The notes under the pieces are model-generated. The model had not been told where the DNA came from. It saw nothing but the letters and a program-made list of their open reading frames with translations, and made no database searches. DNA of 64,000 nt from Oscillospiraceae bacterium (GTDB taxonomy: Bacteria > Bacillota > Clostridia > Oscillospirales > Ruminococcaceae): assembly GCA_016296505.1 (NCBI GenBank), contig JAEDJD010000010.1, positions 18,119 to 82,118 on the forward strand. The letters are read 5' to 3'. The translations under genes and the position numbers were made by a program. Below are positions 16,561-26,372 of this stretch, piece by piece; positions within the stretch are counted from its first letter, which is position 1; each line of letters starts with the position of its first letter.

Positions 16561-16592
16561 AGTCGTCCGGCTTTCATACCGGACGACTTTTC
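16561..16592 (+). terminator. intrinsic terminator
   Basis: AGTCGTCCGG / CCGGACGACT 10-bp stem, 8-nt loop, TTTT. Confidence 0.75.
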
Positions 16593-16632
16593 ATATTTAC
16601 CGTAGTATCGTAATGTTTTTCGATCTCGCCCA

Positions 16633-16661
16633 TTGCAATTCCGTCGATATTGTGCTATAAT
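16633..16661 (+). promoter_or_regulatory. sigma-A promoter of the ACT/UPF0210 pair
   Basis: TTGCAA, 17 nt spacer (ending in TGc), TATAAT. Confidence 0.5.
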
Positions 16662-16716
16662 AATGATATCATCGGTGAAATATCGAAATCGCCATTGTTA
16701 GAAGGAGGCTTTCCGT

Positions 16717-16986
16717 ATGAAAGCAGTTATCACAGTCATTGGTCATGATACCGTTGGCATTCTGTATAAGGTCAGCGGCATCTGCGCAGAGCGAAACGCA
16801 AATGTCATCGAAGTCACACAGAGCGTACTTCAGGATTTATTTGCTATGTTCATGCTCGTCGATATCCGCAGCATCAGCTGTGAATTCTCAGAGCTGTCCG
16901 AAGCGCTTACAGACCTCGGCAAAGAACTGGGACTTTCCATCCATGTCATGCACGAGGATATTTTCAATTCCATGCACCGCATCTGA
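16717..16986 (+). CDS. ACT domain protein (UPF0237)
   Basis: 89 aa, 'AVITVIGHDTVGILYKVSGICAERNANVIEV'. Conserved partner of the downstream UPF0210 gene. Confidence 0.85.
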   Translation: MKAVITVIGHDTVGILYKVSGICAERNANVIEVTQSVLQDLFAMFMLVDIRSISCEFSELSEALTDLGKELGLSIHVMHEDIFNSMHRI

Positions 16987-17000
16987 TTTAGGAGGACACT

Positions 17001-18359
17001 ATGCTCAATACCTCTGATATACTCGAAACAATCCGCATGATTCAGGACGAATGCCTCGATATCCGCACGATCACTATGGGCATTTCGCTGTTGGATTGCT
17101 GTGCGGAGGATATGAATATCGTCTGCGATCGCGTCTATGAAAAAATCACACGCAAGGCGGAAAAACTGGTCGCGACCGGTCAACAGATCGAAACGGAATA
17201 CGGTATCCCGATTATCAATAAGCGTATTTCGATCACGCCTGCCGCAATGCTTGTTTCTGCAACACGAGGCGGTGATCCGGTACTGCTCGCGCGTACTCTA
17301 CAGCGTGCCGCCGAAACAACCGGCGTCAATTTCATCGGCGGATTCTCCGCGCTTGTACAGAAAGGATTTTCTGCCGGCGACGACGCTCTGATCCGTGCCA
17401 TTCCACAGGCGCTTGCCGAAACTTCAAATCTTTGCGCGTCGGTAAACGTCGGTTCAACGAAAGCCGGCATCAATATGGACGCAGTACGCCTCATGGGCGA
17501 GATCATCCGTGAATCCGCAGAGCTGACTGCCGATCATCAGTGCTTCGGACCTGCAAAGCTGGTCGTACTCTGCAATGCGCCGGAGGATAACCCGTTCATG
17601 GCAGGCGCGTTCCACGGCGTCGGTGAACCGGATTGCGAGATCCATGTCGGCGTTTCCGGACCGGGCGTTGTCCGCGCCGCAATCGAAAAATATCCCGACG
17701 CTACGATCGACGAACTTGCCAATATCATCAAACGTACAGCGTTCAAAATCACACGTATGGGACAACTTGTAGGCACACGCGCTTCTAAAATGCTCGATGT
17801 TCCGTTTGGAATTGTCGATCTTTCTCTTGCGCCAACACCCGCTGTCGGGGACAGTGTTGCACATATTCTGGAGGGCATGGGGCTTTCCATCTGCGGTATG
17901 CACGGCACGACCGCGGCGCTTGCATTGCTCAACGACGCTGTGAAAAAGGGCGGCGTCATGGCGTCATCCAGCGTCGGCGGACTTTCTGGCGCATTCATCC
18001 CCGTATCAGAAGACGCCGGTATGATCGACGCAGCAAATTCAGGCGTCTTGTCAATTGAAAAGCTCGAAGCAATGACAGCGGTATGCTCGGTGGGTCTGGA
18101 TATGATCGTCATTCCGGGCGATACGCCTGCCTCGACAATTTCTGCGATCATTGCAGATGAAGCGGCAATCGGCATGGTCAACAGCAAGACCACCGCTGTC
18201 CGCGTGATTCCTGCCATCGGCAAAAAGGAAGGCGAGGAATTGGACTTCGGAGGCTTATTCGGCGTCGGACCCGTCATGCCGGTGCGGCGTGAGAGCGCAG
18301 AAAAATTCATTGCACGCGGCGGCAGAATTCCTGCGCCGATGCAGAGCTTGAAAAATTAA
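17001..18359 (+). CDS. PFL-family protein (UPF0210/DUF711)
   Basis: 452 aa. N-terminus '[27 protein letters not shown]' is typical of the family. Confidence 0.85.
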   Translation: MLNTSDILETIRMIQDECLDIRTITMGISLLDCCAEDMNIVCDRVYEKITRKAEKLVATGQQIETEYGIPIINKRISITPAAMLVSATRGGDPVLLARTLQRAAETTGVNFIGGFSALVQKGFSAGDDALIRAIPQALAETSNLCASVNVGSTKAGINMDAVRLMGEIIRESAELTADHQCFGPAKLVVLCNAPEDNPFMAGAFHGVGEPDCEIHVGVSGPGVVRAAIEKYPDATIDELANIIKRTAFKITRMGQLVGTRASKMLDVPFGIVDLSLAPTPAVGDSVAHILEGMGLSICGMHGTTAALALLNDAVKKGGVMASSSVGGLSGAFIPVSEDAGMIDAANSGVLSIEKLEAMTAVCSVGLDMIVIPGDTPASTISAIIADEAAIGMVNSKTTAVRVIPAIGKKEGEELDFGGLFGVGPVMPVRRESAEKFIARGGRIPAPMQSLKN

Positions 18360-18437
18360 ATTTCAGATAATTCGTATCTTTCAATGGAGATCCGATATGT
18401 ACCCTGCTGCATATCGGTTCTGCGTTTTACAGGAAGT

Positions 18438-19652
18438 ATGAAACACATGATCAAACAAATCCTAAGAATCCTGATTGCCCTATTGCCGGCATTCGGGATG
18501 GCAATTCTATGCAGCTGCGATCTCGGCGAGGAGATTCAGCCGTTTGCGGACGATACTCGCGTCATCGAATATCCCGAAGGCGTTCTGACAACGACCACCG
18601 AAACCACGGTCACGACCACAACTACCAATGTCTATACGCCGCCCGATGATCCTAAGCTTGTAAAGCTGCTCGATTCGCTCAGTCTGGAGAGAAAGGCAGC
18701 GCAGCTGATTCTGGTTGGCTGCTCAGACGCCTCAGTTGGAAACGCTGTCTGCGAAAAAGGCGCTGGCGGATTATGCTTATTCGCGCAGCCGTTTGCAAAT
18801 CAATCCGACGAAGCAGTCCGGACGATGACAGCTGGTTTTCAGGAAGCAGCAGAAATTCCGGTTCTGCTTTCCGTAGATGAGGAAGGCGGTTCGGTCTGCC
18901 GCGTCAGTCTGAATCCCAATCTACGCCACACCAATTTTTGGAGTCCGCGTTTTCTGTTTGAGCAGGGCGGCTGGGAGCTGATTCGCAGCGATACAGAGGA
19001 AAAGGCAAATTTCCTGCTCGACCTTGGCTTAAACGTCAATCTTGCACCGGTATGCGATGTGCCGTTTCAAGCATGGGATTTCATATATCCGCGCTGTTTC
19101 AGCACTGACGCAGCGGAGACTGCCGAATACATCGAAACCGTTGTCGGCATTATGAAAGCGCAGGGACTTGGCTGCTCGCTCAAGCATTTCCCAGGATACG
19201 GCGGCAGTGCCGACACGCATCTGAATATGGCATATGACGAACGGACATACGAAGAATTTGCTGAACGCGATTTGCTTCCATTTCAAGCGGGCATTGAAGC
19301 CGGAGCCGATTCGGTCATGGTCACACATAATATCATCGAATGCATGGACAGTGAACGACCTGCCTCGCTTTCACCCGAGGTACACCGTATTCTGCGCGAG
19401 GAACTTGGATTTCGCGGCGTTATTATAACAGATGATCTTGGAATGAACGCAATTACGCAGTTTACAAACGGGGAAAACCCAGCGGTCGCAGCCATACTTG
19501 CAGGCAATGATCTGTTGTGCTATGCCGATTTTGACAATTCTGTTGCTGCAATCACCGAAGCCGTGCGCAACGGTACCATCGAAGAAGAACAATTAAACGC
19601 TTCGATCCTTCGCGTTTTATATTGGAAGCAGGAAATGGGTCTGCTGGATTGA
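18438..19652 (+). CDS. glycoside hydrolase family 3 (NagZ-like beta-N-acetylhexosaminidase) lipoprotein
   Basis: Lipobox 'AILCSC', Thr-rich linker, GH3 N-terminal domain with 'KHFPGYGGSADTH'. The start is uncertain: ATG 18438 or 18447. Confidence 0.75.
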   Translation: MKHMIKQILRILIALLPAFGMAILCSCDLGEEIQPFADDTRVIEYPEGVLTTTTETTVTTTTTNVYTPPDDPKLVKLLDSLSLERKAAQLILVGCSDASVGNAVCEKGAGGLCLFAQPFANQSDEAVRTMTAGFQEAAEIPVLLSVDEEGGSVCRVSLNPNLRHTNFWSPRFLFEQGGWELIRSDTEEKANFLLDLGLNVNLAPVCDVPFQAWDFIYPRCFSTDAAETAEYIETVVGIMKAQGLGCSLKHFPGYGGSADTHLNMAYDERTYEEFAERDLLPFQAGIEAGADSVMVTHNIIECMDSERPASLSPEVHRILREELGFRGVIITDDLGMNAITQFTNGENPAVAAILAGNDLLCYADFDNSVAAITEAVRNGTIEEEQLNASILRVLYWKQEMGLLD

Positions 19653-19683
19653 TTCCGAAACGCTTCGCAAAACAAAAAAACAC

Positions 19684-19727
19684 AGCATCGCACCAAAAGC
19701 GATACTGTGTTTTTTGTTTCGTCAGAT
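19684..19727. terminator. bidirectional terminator between the GH3 gene and rpsU
   Basis: A-run, then CACAGCATCGC / GCGATACTGTG stem, then T-run. Confidence 0.7.
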
Positions 19728-19841
19728 TCCCGTATGTGATATAAATACAGGGCAACGGAATTCTCGCGCCCGCGTAAAGCACAATATGCAGTACCGTAAT
19801 ACCACAGTGCAAAGCGGCACGGCGAACGACTCCCGACGAGA

Positions 19842-20015
19842 TTAGAACTTGCGCTTACGAGCTGCTTCAGACTTCTTCTTACGCTTTACGGAAGGCTTCT
19901 CATAATGCTCGCGCTTGCGAACCTCAGCGATCACGCCGTCTTTTGCGCAGGAACGCTTGAAACGCTTGAGAGCAGTATCCAAGGACTCGTTCTTACCAAC
20001 GCGTACTTCTGCCAC
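19842..20015 (-). CDS. rpsU: 30S ribosomal protein S21
   Basis: '[27 protein letters not shown]...[10 protein letters not shown]'. GTG start at 20015 with SD AGGGAGGG 8 nt upstream. The track ATG at 20039 lies upstream of the SD. Confidence 0.9.
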   Translation of the reverse strand: MAEVRVGKNESLDTALKRFKRSCAKDGVIAEVRKREHYEKPSVKRKKKSEAARKRKF

Positions 20016-20111
20016 GAATTTTTCCCTCCCTTTGTCCAACGACAGAGGCTATCTATAAAGAGGCATCTATTATTTTGATGCTCCTTATAAGCAATATTTG
20101 AATACAAGTAT

Positions 20112-20140
20112 ATTGTACCACAATTTATACGATTTGTCAA
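20112..20140 (-). promoter_or_regulatory. sigma-A promoter of rpsU
   Basis: Minus strand: TTGACA, 17 nt spacer (TG-extended), TACAAT. Confidence 0.55.
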
Positions 20141-20179
20141 GCAGATTTCTCTTGAGAAACCGATTCTGCCCACAATTCG

Positions 20180-22591
20180 TTAATTTGCAACAAAATTCAC
20201 CAGCTTATTTTGTACATAAATCTGCTTGCGAATTGTTTTACCGGCAAGAGCCGCCTGCATATTCTCGTCCTTGAGCGCCAATTCGACAACGGTTGCTTCA
20301 TCTGCGCCCTGCGGAATCATCAGCTTCGCCTTGATTTTTCCGCAGACCTGCGCAACGATCTCAACCTCTGCTTCGACGCAGCGTGCGGGATCATATTCCA
20401 CCCAAGCCTGCTCATTGAGAATACCGAATCCGAGTGTGGAGAAAATTTCCTCCGTTACGTGCGGAGCAAACGGATTGAGCAGAATCAGCAGTGTACGGAA
20501 CTCGCCTTTTGTGATGCTGCCGGCAGCGTAAATCTGATTTACGAGCGTCATCATTGCAGCGATCGCGGTATTGAACTTGAGGTTCTCGATATCCTCGGAG
20601 ACCTTGCGGATGGTCTTATGCATCGGCGTCATGAGCTGATCGGTATAGCCATCGCCCTCGGTGACAATATCCTGCAATGCCCAGATACGGTCAAGGAATC
20701 GCTTACAGCCTTTCACGCTGTCCTCGCTCCAAGGTGCAGCCTTCTCATAGTCGCCCATAAAGAGCACATACAGACGCAGCACATCCGCGCCGTACTGATC
20801 GACAACGTCATTGGGATCAATGACATTGCCCTTGGACTTGGACATCTTATCGCCATCCGGACCGAGGATCAAGCCCTGTGCGGTACGCTTGGCATACGGT
20901 TCTTCGGTCGGCACTGCGCCGATATCATAGAGGAACTTATGCCAGAAGCGCGAATAGATCATATGTCTGGTTACGTGCTCCATGCCGCCATTATACCAAT
21001 CGACCGGCATCCAGTATTTCAGCGCGTCCATATCCGCAAGTGCGCCGTCATTTTGCGGATCGCAGTAGCGCAGATAGTACCATGAAGAACCAGCCCACTG
21101 CGGCATGGTATCGGTTTCACGCTTTGCCGCGCCGCCGCACTGCGGACAGTTACAGTTCACAAAGGAATCAAGCTTTGCCAGCGGCGATTCGCCGTCGGTA
21201 CCCGGTTCAAAATTCTCAACCGGCGGCAATCTCAGCGGAAGCTCCTCATAGGGTACGCCGACAATGCCGCACTTCGGGCAATGGATCAGCGGAATCGGCT
21301 CGCCCCAGTATCTCTGACGATTGAACGCCCAGTCTTTCATCTTATACTGCACGCCAGCCTCGCCGCAGCCCTTGGCTTCGAGGACGGTCAACACCTTAGC
21401 GATTGCATCTTTCTTATTGGTGATACCGTTGAGCGCGTCGGAATTGACCATTTCACCGTCACCGGTATAGGCTTCCTTTTCGATATCGCCGCCCTTGATG
21501 ACCTCGATGATATCAATGCCGAATTTCTTTGCAAAATCGTAGTCGCGGGTATCATGTGCCGGAACCGCCATAATCGCGCCGGTACCATAGCCCATCATGA
21601 CATAATCGGAAATATAAATCGGAATTTCCTTGCCGGTCAGCGGATTCACAGCGGTCAGACCCTCGATCTTCACGCCGGTCTTTTCCTTGACAAGCTGTGT
21701 ACGCTCGAACTCGGTTTTCTTTGCACATTCAGTCTTATAGGCGTCAAGCGCGTCAATATTGGTGATCGCGCTGCGATACTTCTGGATCATGGGATGCTCT
21801 GGTGCCATGACCATAAAGGTCACGCCATAGAGCGTATCGGGGCGCGTCGTATAGATACGGAGCTGTTCATCCTGCTCTTTGATTTTGAAATTCACGAACG
21901 CACCGGTTGATTTACCAATCCAGTTTTCCTGCTGCAGTCTGATATTCGGCAAATAGTTGACGGTCTCCAGACCTTCGAGGAGTTTATCTGCGTACTGCGT
22001 AATACGGAGGTACCAGACCTCTTTATTTTTCTGCACGATATCGCTGTGGCAGATATCGCACTTACCGCCCTGTGAATCCTCATTGGAGAGAACGACCTTA
22101 CAGGACGGGCAGTAATTGACGAGCGTAGTATCGCGAAATACGAGACCATGATCGAACATTTTGCGGAAAATCCACTGCGTCCACTTATAGTAGCCCTCCT
22201 CGGTGGTATCCACAACGCGCGACCAGTCAAAGGAGAAGCCGACGCGCTTGAGCTGTCCGGTGAACTTTGTGATATTCGCGTCGGTCACCTGACGCGGATG
22301 GACGCCGGTTTTGATTGCGGTATTCTCAGTCGGCAAACCGTAGGCGTCAAAGCCGATCGGAAACAGGACGTTATAGCCCTGAAGCCGACGCTTTCTGCTG
22401 ACAACCTCCAGACCGGAATACGCCTTGATATGACCAACGTGCATACCGTGACCGGACGGATACGGGAACTCAACAAGCGCATAGAACTTTGGCTTTTTCG
22501 AGCCATTTTCAGCGCGGAAAGTATGGTGCGCATCCCAGTAGTCCTGCCACTTTTTTTCGACTGCGGAAAAATTATATTCCTGCATATTCAA
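20180..22591 (-). CDS. leuS: leucine--tRNA ligase
   Basis: 803 aa. HIGH motif 'PYPSGHGMHVGH' and KMSKS motif 'KMSKSKGN'. Confidence 0.97.
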   Translation of the reverse strand: MNMQEYNFSAVEKKWQDYWDAHHTFRAENGSKKPKFYALVEFPYPSGHGMHVGHIKAYSGLEVVSRKRRLQGYNVLFPIGFDAYGLPTENTAIKTGVHPRQVTDANITKFTGQLKRVGFSFDWSRVVDTTEEGYYKWTQWIFRKMFDHGLVFRDTTLVNYCPSCKVVLSNEDSQGGKCDICHSDIVQKNKEVWYLRITQYADKLLEGLETVNYLPNIRLQQENWIGKSTGAFVNFKIKEQDEQLRIYTTRPDTLYGVTFMVMAPEHPMIQKYRSAITNIDALDAYKTECAKKTEFERTQLVKEKTGVKIEGLTAVNPLTGKEIPIYISDYVMMGYGTGAIMAVPAHDTRDYDFAKKFGIDIIEVIKGGDIEKEAYTGDGEMVNSDALNGITNKKDAIAKVLTVLEAKGCGEAGVQYKMKDWAFNRQRYWGEPIPLIHCPKCGIVGVPYEELPLRLPPVENFEPGTDGESPLAKLDSFVNCNCPQCGGAAKRETDTMPQWAGSSWYYLRYCDPQNDGALADMDALKYWMPVDWYNGGMEHVTRHMIYSRFWHKFLYDIGAVPTEEPYAKRTAQGLILGPDGDKMSKSKGNVIDPNDVVDQYGADVLRLYVLFMGDYEKAAPWSEDSVKGCKRFLDRIWALQDIVTEGDGYTDQLMTPMHKTIRKVSEDIENLKFNTAIAAMMTLVNQIYAAGSITKGEFRTLLILLNPFAPHVTEEIFSTLGFGILNEQAWVEYDPARCVEAEVEIVAQVCGKIKAKLMIPQGADEATVVELALKDENMQAALAGKTIRKQIYVQNKLVNFVAN

Positions 22592-22682
22592 AAAGCCTCA
22601 CTTTCATTTTATAAAGCCAATGACCGCAATACTGCAAACGCTAGATATATGCGATACTGCCCTTATGATACAGTTTTAGCAA

Positions 22683-23042
22683 TCAGTCCTCAATGAGCAA
22701 ATGCGAGATATCGACCTGCTCGCCGTCTGCCCAAAGACGTTCCAGCTGATATTCGTCACGGGTATCGCGGTAGAAAACATGAACCACAATATCACCGTAA
22801 TCCAGAACGATCCAGTTCGCGGCACGGACGCCCTCGATGCCGCGCGGCTCGATGCCAACCTGTCCGAGCTGGAAATCGACCTCATCCGCAAGGGACTTGA
22901 CCTGCGTTGTGCTGGTACCGGTTGCGATGATGAAATAATCAGCGATAATCGTCAGATTGGTAATGCCGATGACCTGGATATTCTCGGCTTTTTTTTCATC
23001 AAGAATTTTCACAATTTTTTCAAGTTTTTCCTGTGTCGTCAT
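22683..23042 (-). CDS. rsfS: ribosome silencing factor
   Basis: 119 aa. 'DYFIIATGTSTTQVKSLADEV' and 'WIVLDYGDIVVHVF'. Confidence 0.9.
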   Translation of the reverse strand: MTTQEKLEKIVKILDEKKAENIQVIGITNLTIIADYFIIATGTSTTQVKSLADEVDFQLGQVGIEPRGIEGVRAANWIVLDYGDIVVHVFYRDTRDEYQLERLWADGEQVDISHLLIED

Positions 23043-23128
23043 AAAACAACGCTCCTTTCACGGGCTATGCCCTTTTTCATAATGAGAAATTGCGGACGCA
23101 TTCATTTCTCATGTCTAATCTCAAACTT

Positions 23129-24490
23129 CTAATTTCCCATAAAGGTATTGCCGTCCTCGATGCTCTGGAAATCTGCCATATCATTGTCATAGAGCGTACT
23201 CCGATACTCCTCCGGTTTCAGCATCTCGGCAATCGGCAAATCATTTTCCGCCTCAAAATACGGACGGAAATACCGATTCAGCAAATCCGTAACGGGCTGC
23301 TTATGCATCAGCCAGACAGAATAAAACTCGATATCGCTGCTCGGATTCGGCGGATAATAGTTATAGCCCTCGCCCGGAAGCATATGCATCGTAATTTTAT
23401 CCATGCCGATTGAGGACGCAAAATCGGACAGCTTACTGATTTCATCAACGGTCAGATTCGAGCCTATGAGCTGATTATCTACAATCTTGTTGATATATCC
23501 AAGCATTTCGATGCTATTGATATCGCAGACCCTCGCCATAGCTGCCGCCATAAAGATACGCTGCGCCTTCATACGACCGATATCGCCCTCGGTATAGTCG
23601 TGACGGAAACGAACCATCCACTCCGCCTGCGTACCATTCAGCACCTGCTCGCCCTGCTGGATAATCTTATCGGCTTCATAGGTAATCGTATAGGGCATAT
23701 TGATCGGTACGCCGCCGATGATATCCACAATTTTCGCGATATCGCCGCAGCTTGTCGTTACATAGCGATCAATCGGCACCTTGAAGATGGTCTCCAGACA
23801 GTCCACAACGCGCTGTACAGGCTGTTTATTCGGATTGCCGAGCGAATAAACGCTATTGAACTTACCGCCTTCAAAAGCCGTAAAGCCCGGCACAAAGGTA
23901 TCGCGCGGAATTTGCAGAATGTGAATCTCATTGCCGCGAATATCAAACATTGCCAGCATAATGACATCCGTATTGGAACGGGATTCGTCCGTACCGATGA
24001 ACAGAACGCCAAACTGCCCTTCCTGAATCTGATCGAGATCAAGACCATCATCAAGCTCGCCATTTTTCACGCCGTCGATTTCTTTTTTCGGCTCCATCGG
24101 ATATTCCTTGGATTCCAATTCGCCGTCAATCTCAATAAAGGGCTGCCAGTTCCGGAATTTCTGCATCATAGAGATATTGGTAGTCGTTTCATTTCCGGCG
24201 TGATCCATGGTTGTATACGGAATAAGCGGCAGGTTCAGGATCAGAACAATCAGCAGCACCAGAAATGCAAGTGCCATGAGCGATACAAGAACGCGTTTTC
24301 TGCCAATCTGATTCTGATTCCTTGCAGCAGACGCTGAACGGGAATGCTGTGCGCCATACTGCCGATTCCCTCTCGAATTGTAATTGCTGCTGCGAGACGC
24401 GCGCGAAGCGCTGTTTCTGTCAGAATAACGATGCTGCTGCGAAGACGAGCGATGATTGTTTCGACGCGGCTGCGAATCTTCCATTCTCAT
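23129..24490 (-). CDS. LytR-CpsA-Psr (LCP) family cell-wall polymer transferase
   Basis: Ser/Arg/Asn-rich cytoplasmic N-terminus, one TM segment, LCP core 'VLFIGTDESRSNTDVIMLAMFD...ILQIPRDT'. Confidence 0.8.
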   Translation of the reverse strand: MRMEDSQPRRNNHRSSSQQHRYSDRNSASRASRSSNYNSRGNRQYGAQHSRSASAARNQNQIGRKRVLVSLMALAFLVLLIVLILNLPLIPYTTMDHAGNETTTNISMMQKFRNWQPFIEIDGELESKEYPMEPKKEIDGVKNGELDDGLDLDQIQEGQFGVLFIGTDESRSNTDVIMLAMFDIRGNEIHILQIPRDTFVPGFTAFEGGKFNSVYSLGNPNKQPVQRVVDCLETIFKVPIDRYVTTSCGDIAKIVDIIGGVPINMPYTITYEADKIIQQGEQVLNGTQAEWMVRFRHDYTEGDIGRMKAQRIFMAAAMARVCDINSIEMLGYINKIVDNQLIGSNLTVDEISKLSDFASSIGMDKITMHMLPGEGYNYYPPNPSSDIEFYSVWLMHKQPVTDLLNRYFRPYFEAENDLPIAEMLKPEEYRSTLYDNDMADFQSIEDGNTFMGN

Positions 24491-24536
24491 ATGAAAATTG
24501 CTCCTTTATGCGTATACACGCGGGTTTCAAATAGCT

Positions 24537-25184
24537 TCATTCGGATGATCCTAAAGATTTTGTATTCTGCTCCGATTTACGATCCGAACGGGCGGTCATT
24601 TTTTTCAAATAAAAATTATAAGCGTCAACAGTCGAGACCGGCAACGGAGTTTCTTTTTTCATAACGCTTTCAATCGCCCATTGAAAAGCGCAAAGCATCG
24701 CTTTATCCAGATCGTTCTGCGCCATTTTCCGAAAGCGTTCAACATCCCGATAGGTACGGTCCGCCGAAATCAAATCCGCCATATAAACGATTTCTTCGAG
24801 CTTTGTCATATCGGCGCGACCAACCGTATGCCAACGCGCCGCGCCCAGCACTTCCCTATCGTCAATGCCAAGCTCCGTGTACATATAGGAAGCCGCCGCG
24901 ATTCCGTGCCAGACCGGCTTGCAGAGCCATTCAATTTCACTCACAGAAAACGGACAGCTATGCATCAATTCCGCCTGTTCGGAAAACGGAAGCTCTTTAC
25001 AGCAATCGTGGAGCAATCCGGCAAGATAGGCGCGCTGCGGATCAGCGCCCCAGCGTTCTGCAAGCGCAAAGGCAGCGCGCGCAACATTCACAGAATGGGT
25101 ATAGCGTTTCTTGGAAAGCCGTGCTTTCAGGAACGCGGTCATACTGCGAATCTGCTCATTCTGACCTGCTTTACTCAAAAACAC
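24537..25184 (-). CDS. yqeK: bis(5'-nucleosyl)-tetraphosphatase (symmetrical), HD domain
   Basis: HD motif 'YTHSVNV...LLHDCCKE'. Position directly after nadD. Confidence 0.8.
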   Translation of the reverse strand: MFLSKAGQNEQIRSMTAFLKARLSKKRYTHSVNVARAAFALAERWGADPQRAYLAGLLHDCCKELPFSEQAELMHSCPFSVSEIEWLCKPVWHGIAAASYMYTELGIDDREVLGAARWHTVGRADMTKLEEIVYMADLISADRTYRDVERFRKMAQNDLDKAMLCAFQWAIESVMKKETPLPVSTVDAYNFYLKKMTARSDRKSEQNTKSLGSSE

Positions 25185-25805
25185 TCACCTCTCATCTAAA
25201 AGATAGAGTTGTTTCTCCCAAATATATTGTACTACATTTTCCGGCAAAAGGCAAGAGCAATCGAGATTCTTTTGCAGATTCTGCCGGATTTCCGTTGATG
25301 ATACGGGCATTGCCGGAACTGTCAGCACATGAATCACCGCGTCAGGACAATCAGTTCTGAGGCTGTCCGCGCAGGCATTGAGCGCTGGCAAATCACCGAT
25401 TTCTCTTGAAACAGCGCAGATATCCGCAAGACGCAGGATTTCCTGCCACTGCCGCCATGTCCGAAAGCTGAGCAGCATATCGCTGCCGATCATCAAGCTC
25501 CATTCGATATTCTTTTCCATTTCATGCAGTGCGCGCAAGGTATCCACGGTATAGTTTTTCCCAGATTGCGTGGTTTCATAATCAGAAACATACATCCACG
25601 GAAAAGGCTGTGCCGCAATCCGACACATTTCTAGCCGATCGGCAGCCGGCGCATATGCAGCGGAGCTTTTATGCGGCGCTTCGCCAGCCGGCATCAGCAC
25701 GACGCCATCGAGCTGCAAAGCGCGTCTGACCGCGCAGACATTATGCAGATGACCGTTATGAATCGGATTGAAGCTGCCGCCGAACAGACCTATTTTTCGG
25801 CTCAT
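25185..25805 (-). CDS. nadD: nicotinate-nucleotide adenylyltransferase
   Basis: 'IGLFGGSFNPIHNGHL' and C-terminal 'VSSTEIR'. Confidence 0.9.
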   Translation of the reverse strand: MSRKIGLFGGSFNPIHNGHLHNVCAVRRALQLDGVVLMPAGEAPHKSSAAYAPAADRLEMCRIAAQPFPWMYVSDYETTQSGKNYTVDTLRALHEMEKNIEWSLMIGSDMLLSFRTWRQWQEILRLADICAVSREIGDLPALNACADSLRTDCPDAVIHVLTVPAMPVSSTEIRQNLQKNLDCSCLLPENVVQYIWEKQLYLLDER

Positions 25806-26116
25806 TTCTTTTTCTTGCTTTCTACAAGCTGAATCACCGGCTTTTTGGGATTGCGCAGATACAGCACAAACCGATTGCCGATTGCGCAGACAACCTCTGC
25901 GCCGGTCTCATTTGCGATCAGCTCCGCAGCCTCTCTGGCAGAATATTCACAGGTTTCGAGCACATGACCCTTAATCAGTTCACGCTTACGGAGCGCATCG
26001 GCAGCCTGTTTGAAAAGCTGCTCGCTCACGCCGCCCTTTCCGACGGTCAGAATGCTCTCAGCAGTCGAAGCGATGCCGCGGAGCTGTGCGCGCTGTTTAC
26101 TTGTCAGCATATCCAT
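25802..26116 (-). CDS. yhbY: ribosome assembly RNA-binding protein YhbY (CRM domain)
   Basis: 'LTSKQRAQLRGIA...LTVGKGGVSEQL...ELIK'. Confidence 0.85.
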   Translation of the reverse strand: MDMLTSKQRAQLRGIASTAESILTVGKGGVSEQLFKQAADALRKRELIKGHVLETCEYSAREAAELIANETGAEVVCAIGNRFVLYLRNPKKPVIQLVESKKKK

Positions 26117-26129
26117 TCTCCTTTCTCAT

Positions 26130-26354
26130 TCACCGGTGCCATTTCTTTGATTTTCCGAGTTTATCGAGTTCATTTTTGCGAATCCACTCCTCAGTAAAAC
26201 CGCAGCTCACGCAAATATAACGATCAACCATGACCGCAGAAAAGATCGTGCCGCCCGTCATGATATTGTTGCCGCTGCCATAGGCGCCGGCTGAGCCGTC
26301 CACGATCACGATATCACTGCTGCCGCATTTCGGGCAGATTCTCCGATACATCAT
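26130..26354 (-). CDS. zinc-ribbon small protein, function unknown
   Basis: 74 aa with two CxxC pairs (CPKCG ... CVSCG). Confidence 0.5.
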   Translation of the reverse strand: MMYRRICPKCGSSDIVIVDGSAGAYGSGNNIMTGGTIFSAVMVDRYICVSCGFTEEWIRKNELDKLGKSKKWHR

Positions 26355-26372
26355 CCTGATTTCTCCTGTCAG

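Noticed and set aside
17137-18310. Minus- and alternate-frame ORFs inside the UPF0210 gene (for example 17537-18310, 257 aa).
   Set aside because: The composition is Ser/Pro/Ala/Thr-rich, typical of off-frame reading of a GC-rich gene. They overlap a well-supported CDS.
22592-22682. Possible T-box leader upstream of leuS.
   Set aside because: Only 91 nt separate leuS from rsfS. There is no specifier/T-box (AGGGUGGNACC-like) sequence and no terminator hairpin. leuS is probably co-transcribed with rsfS.
20210-22696. Several 100-290-aa plus-strand ORFs (20210-21085, 21281-21910, 22148-22696).
   Set aside because: All are antisense to leuS, whose HIGH and KMSKS motifs are unambiguous. They have no independent start signals.
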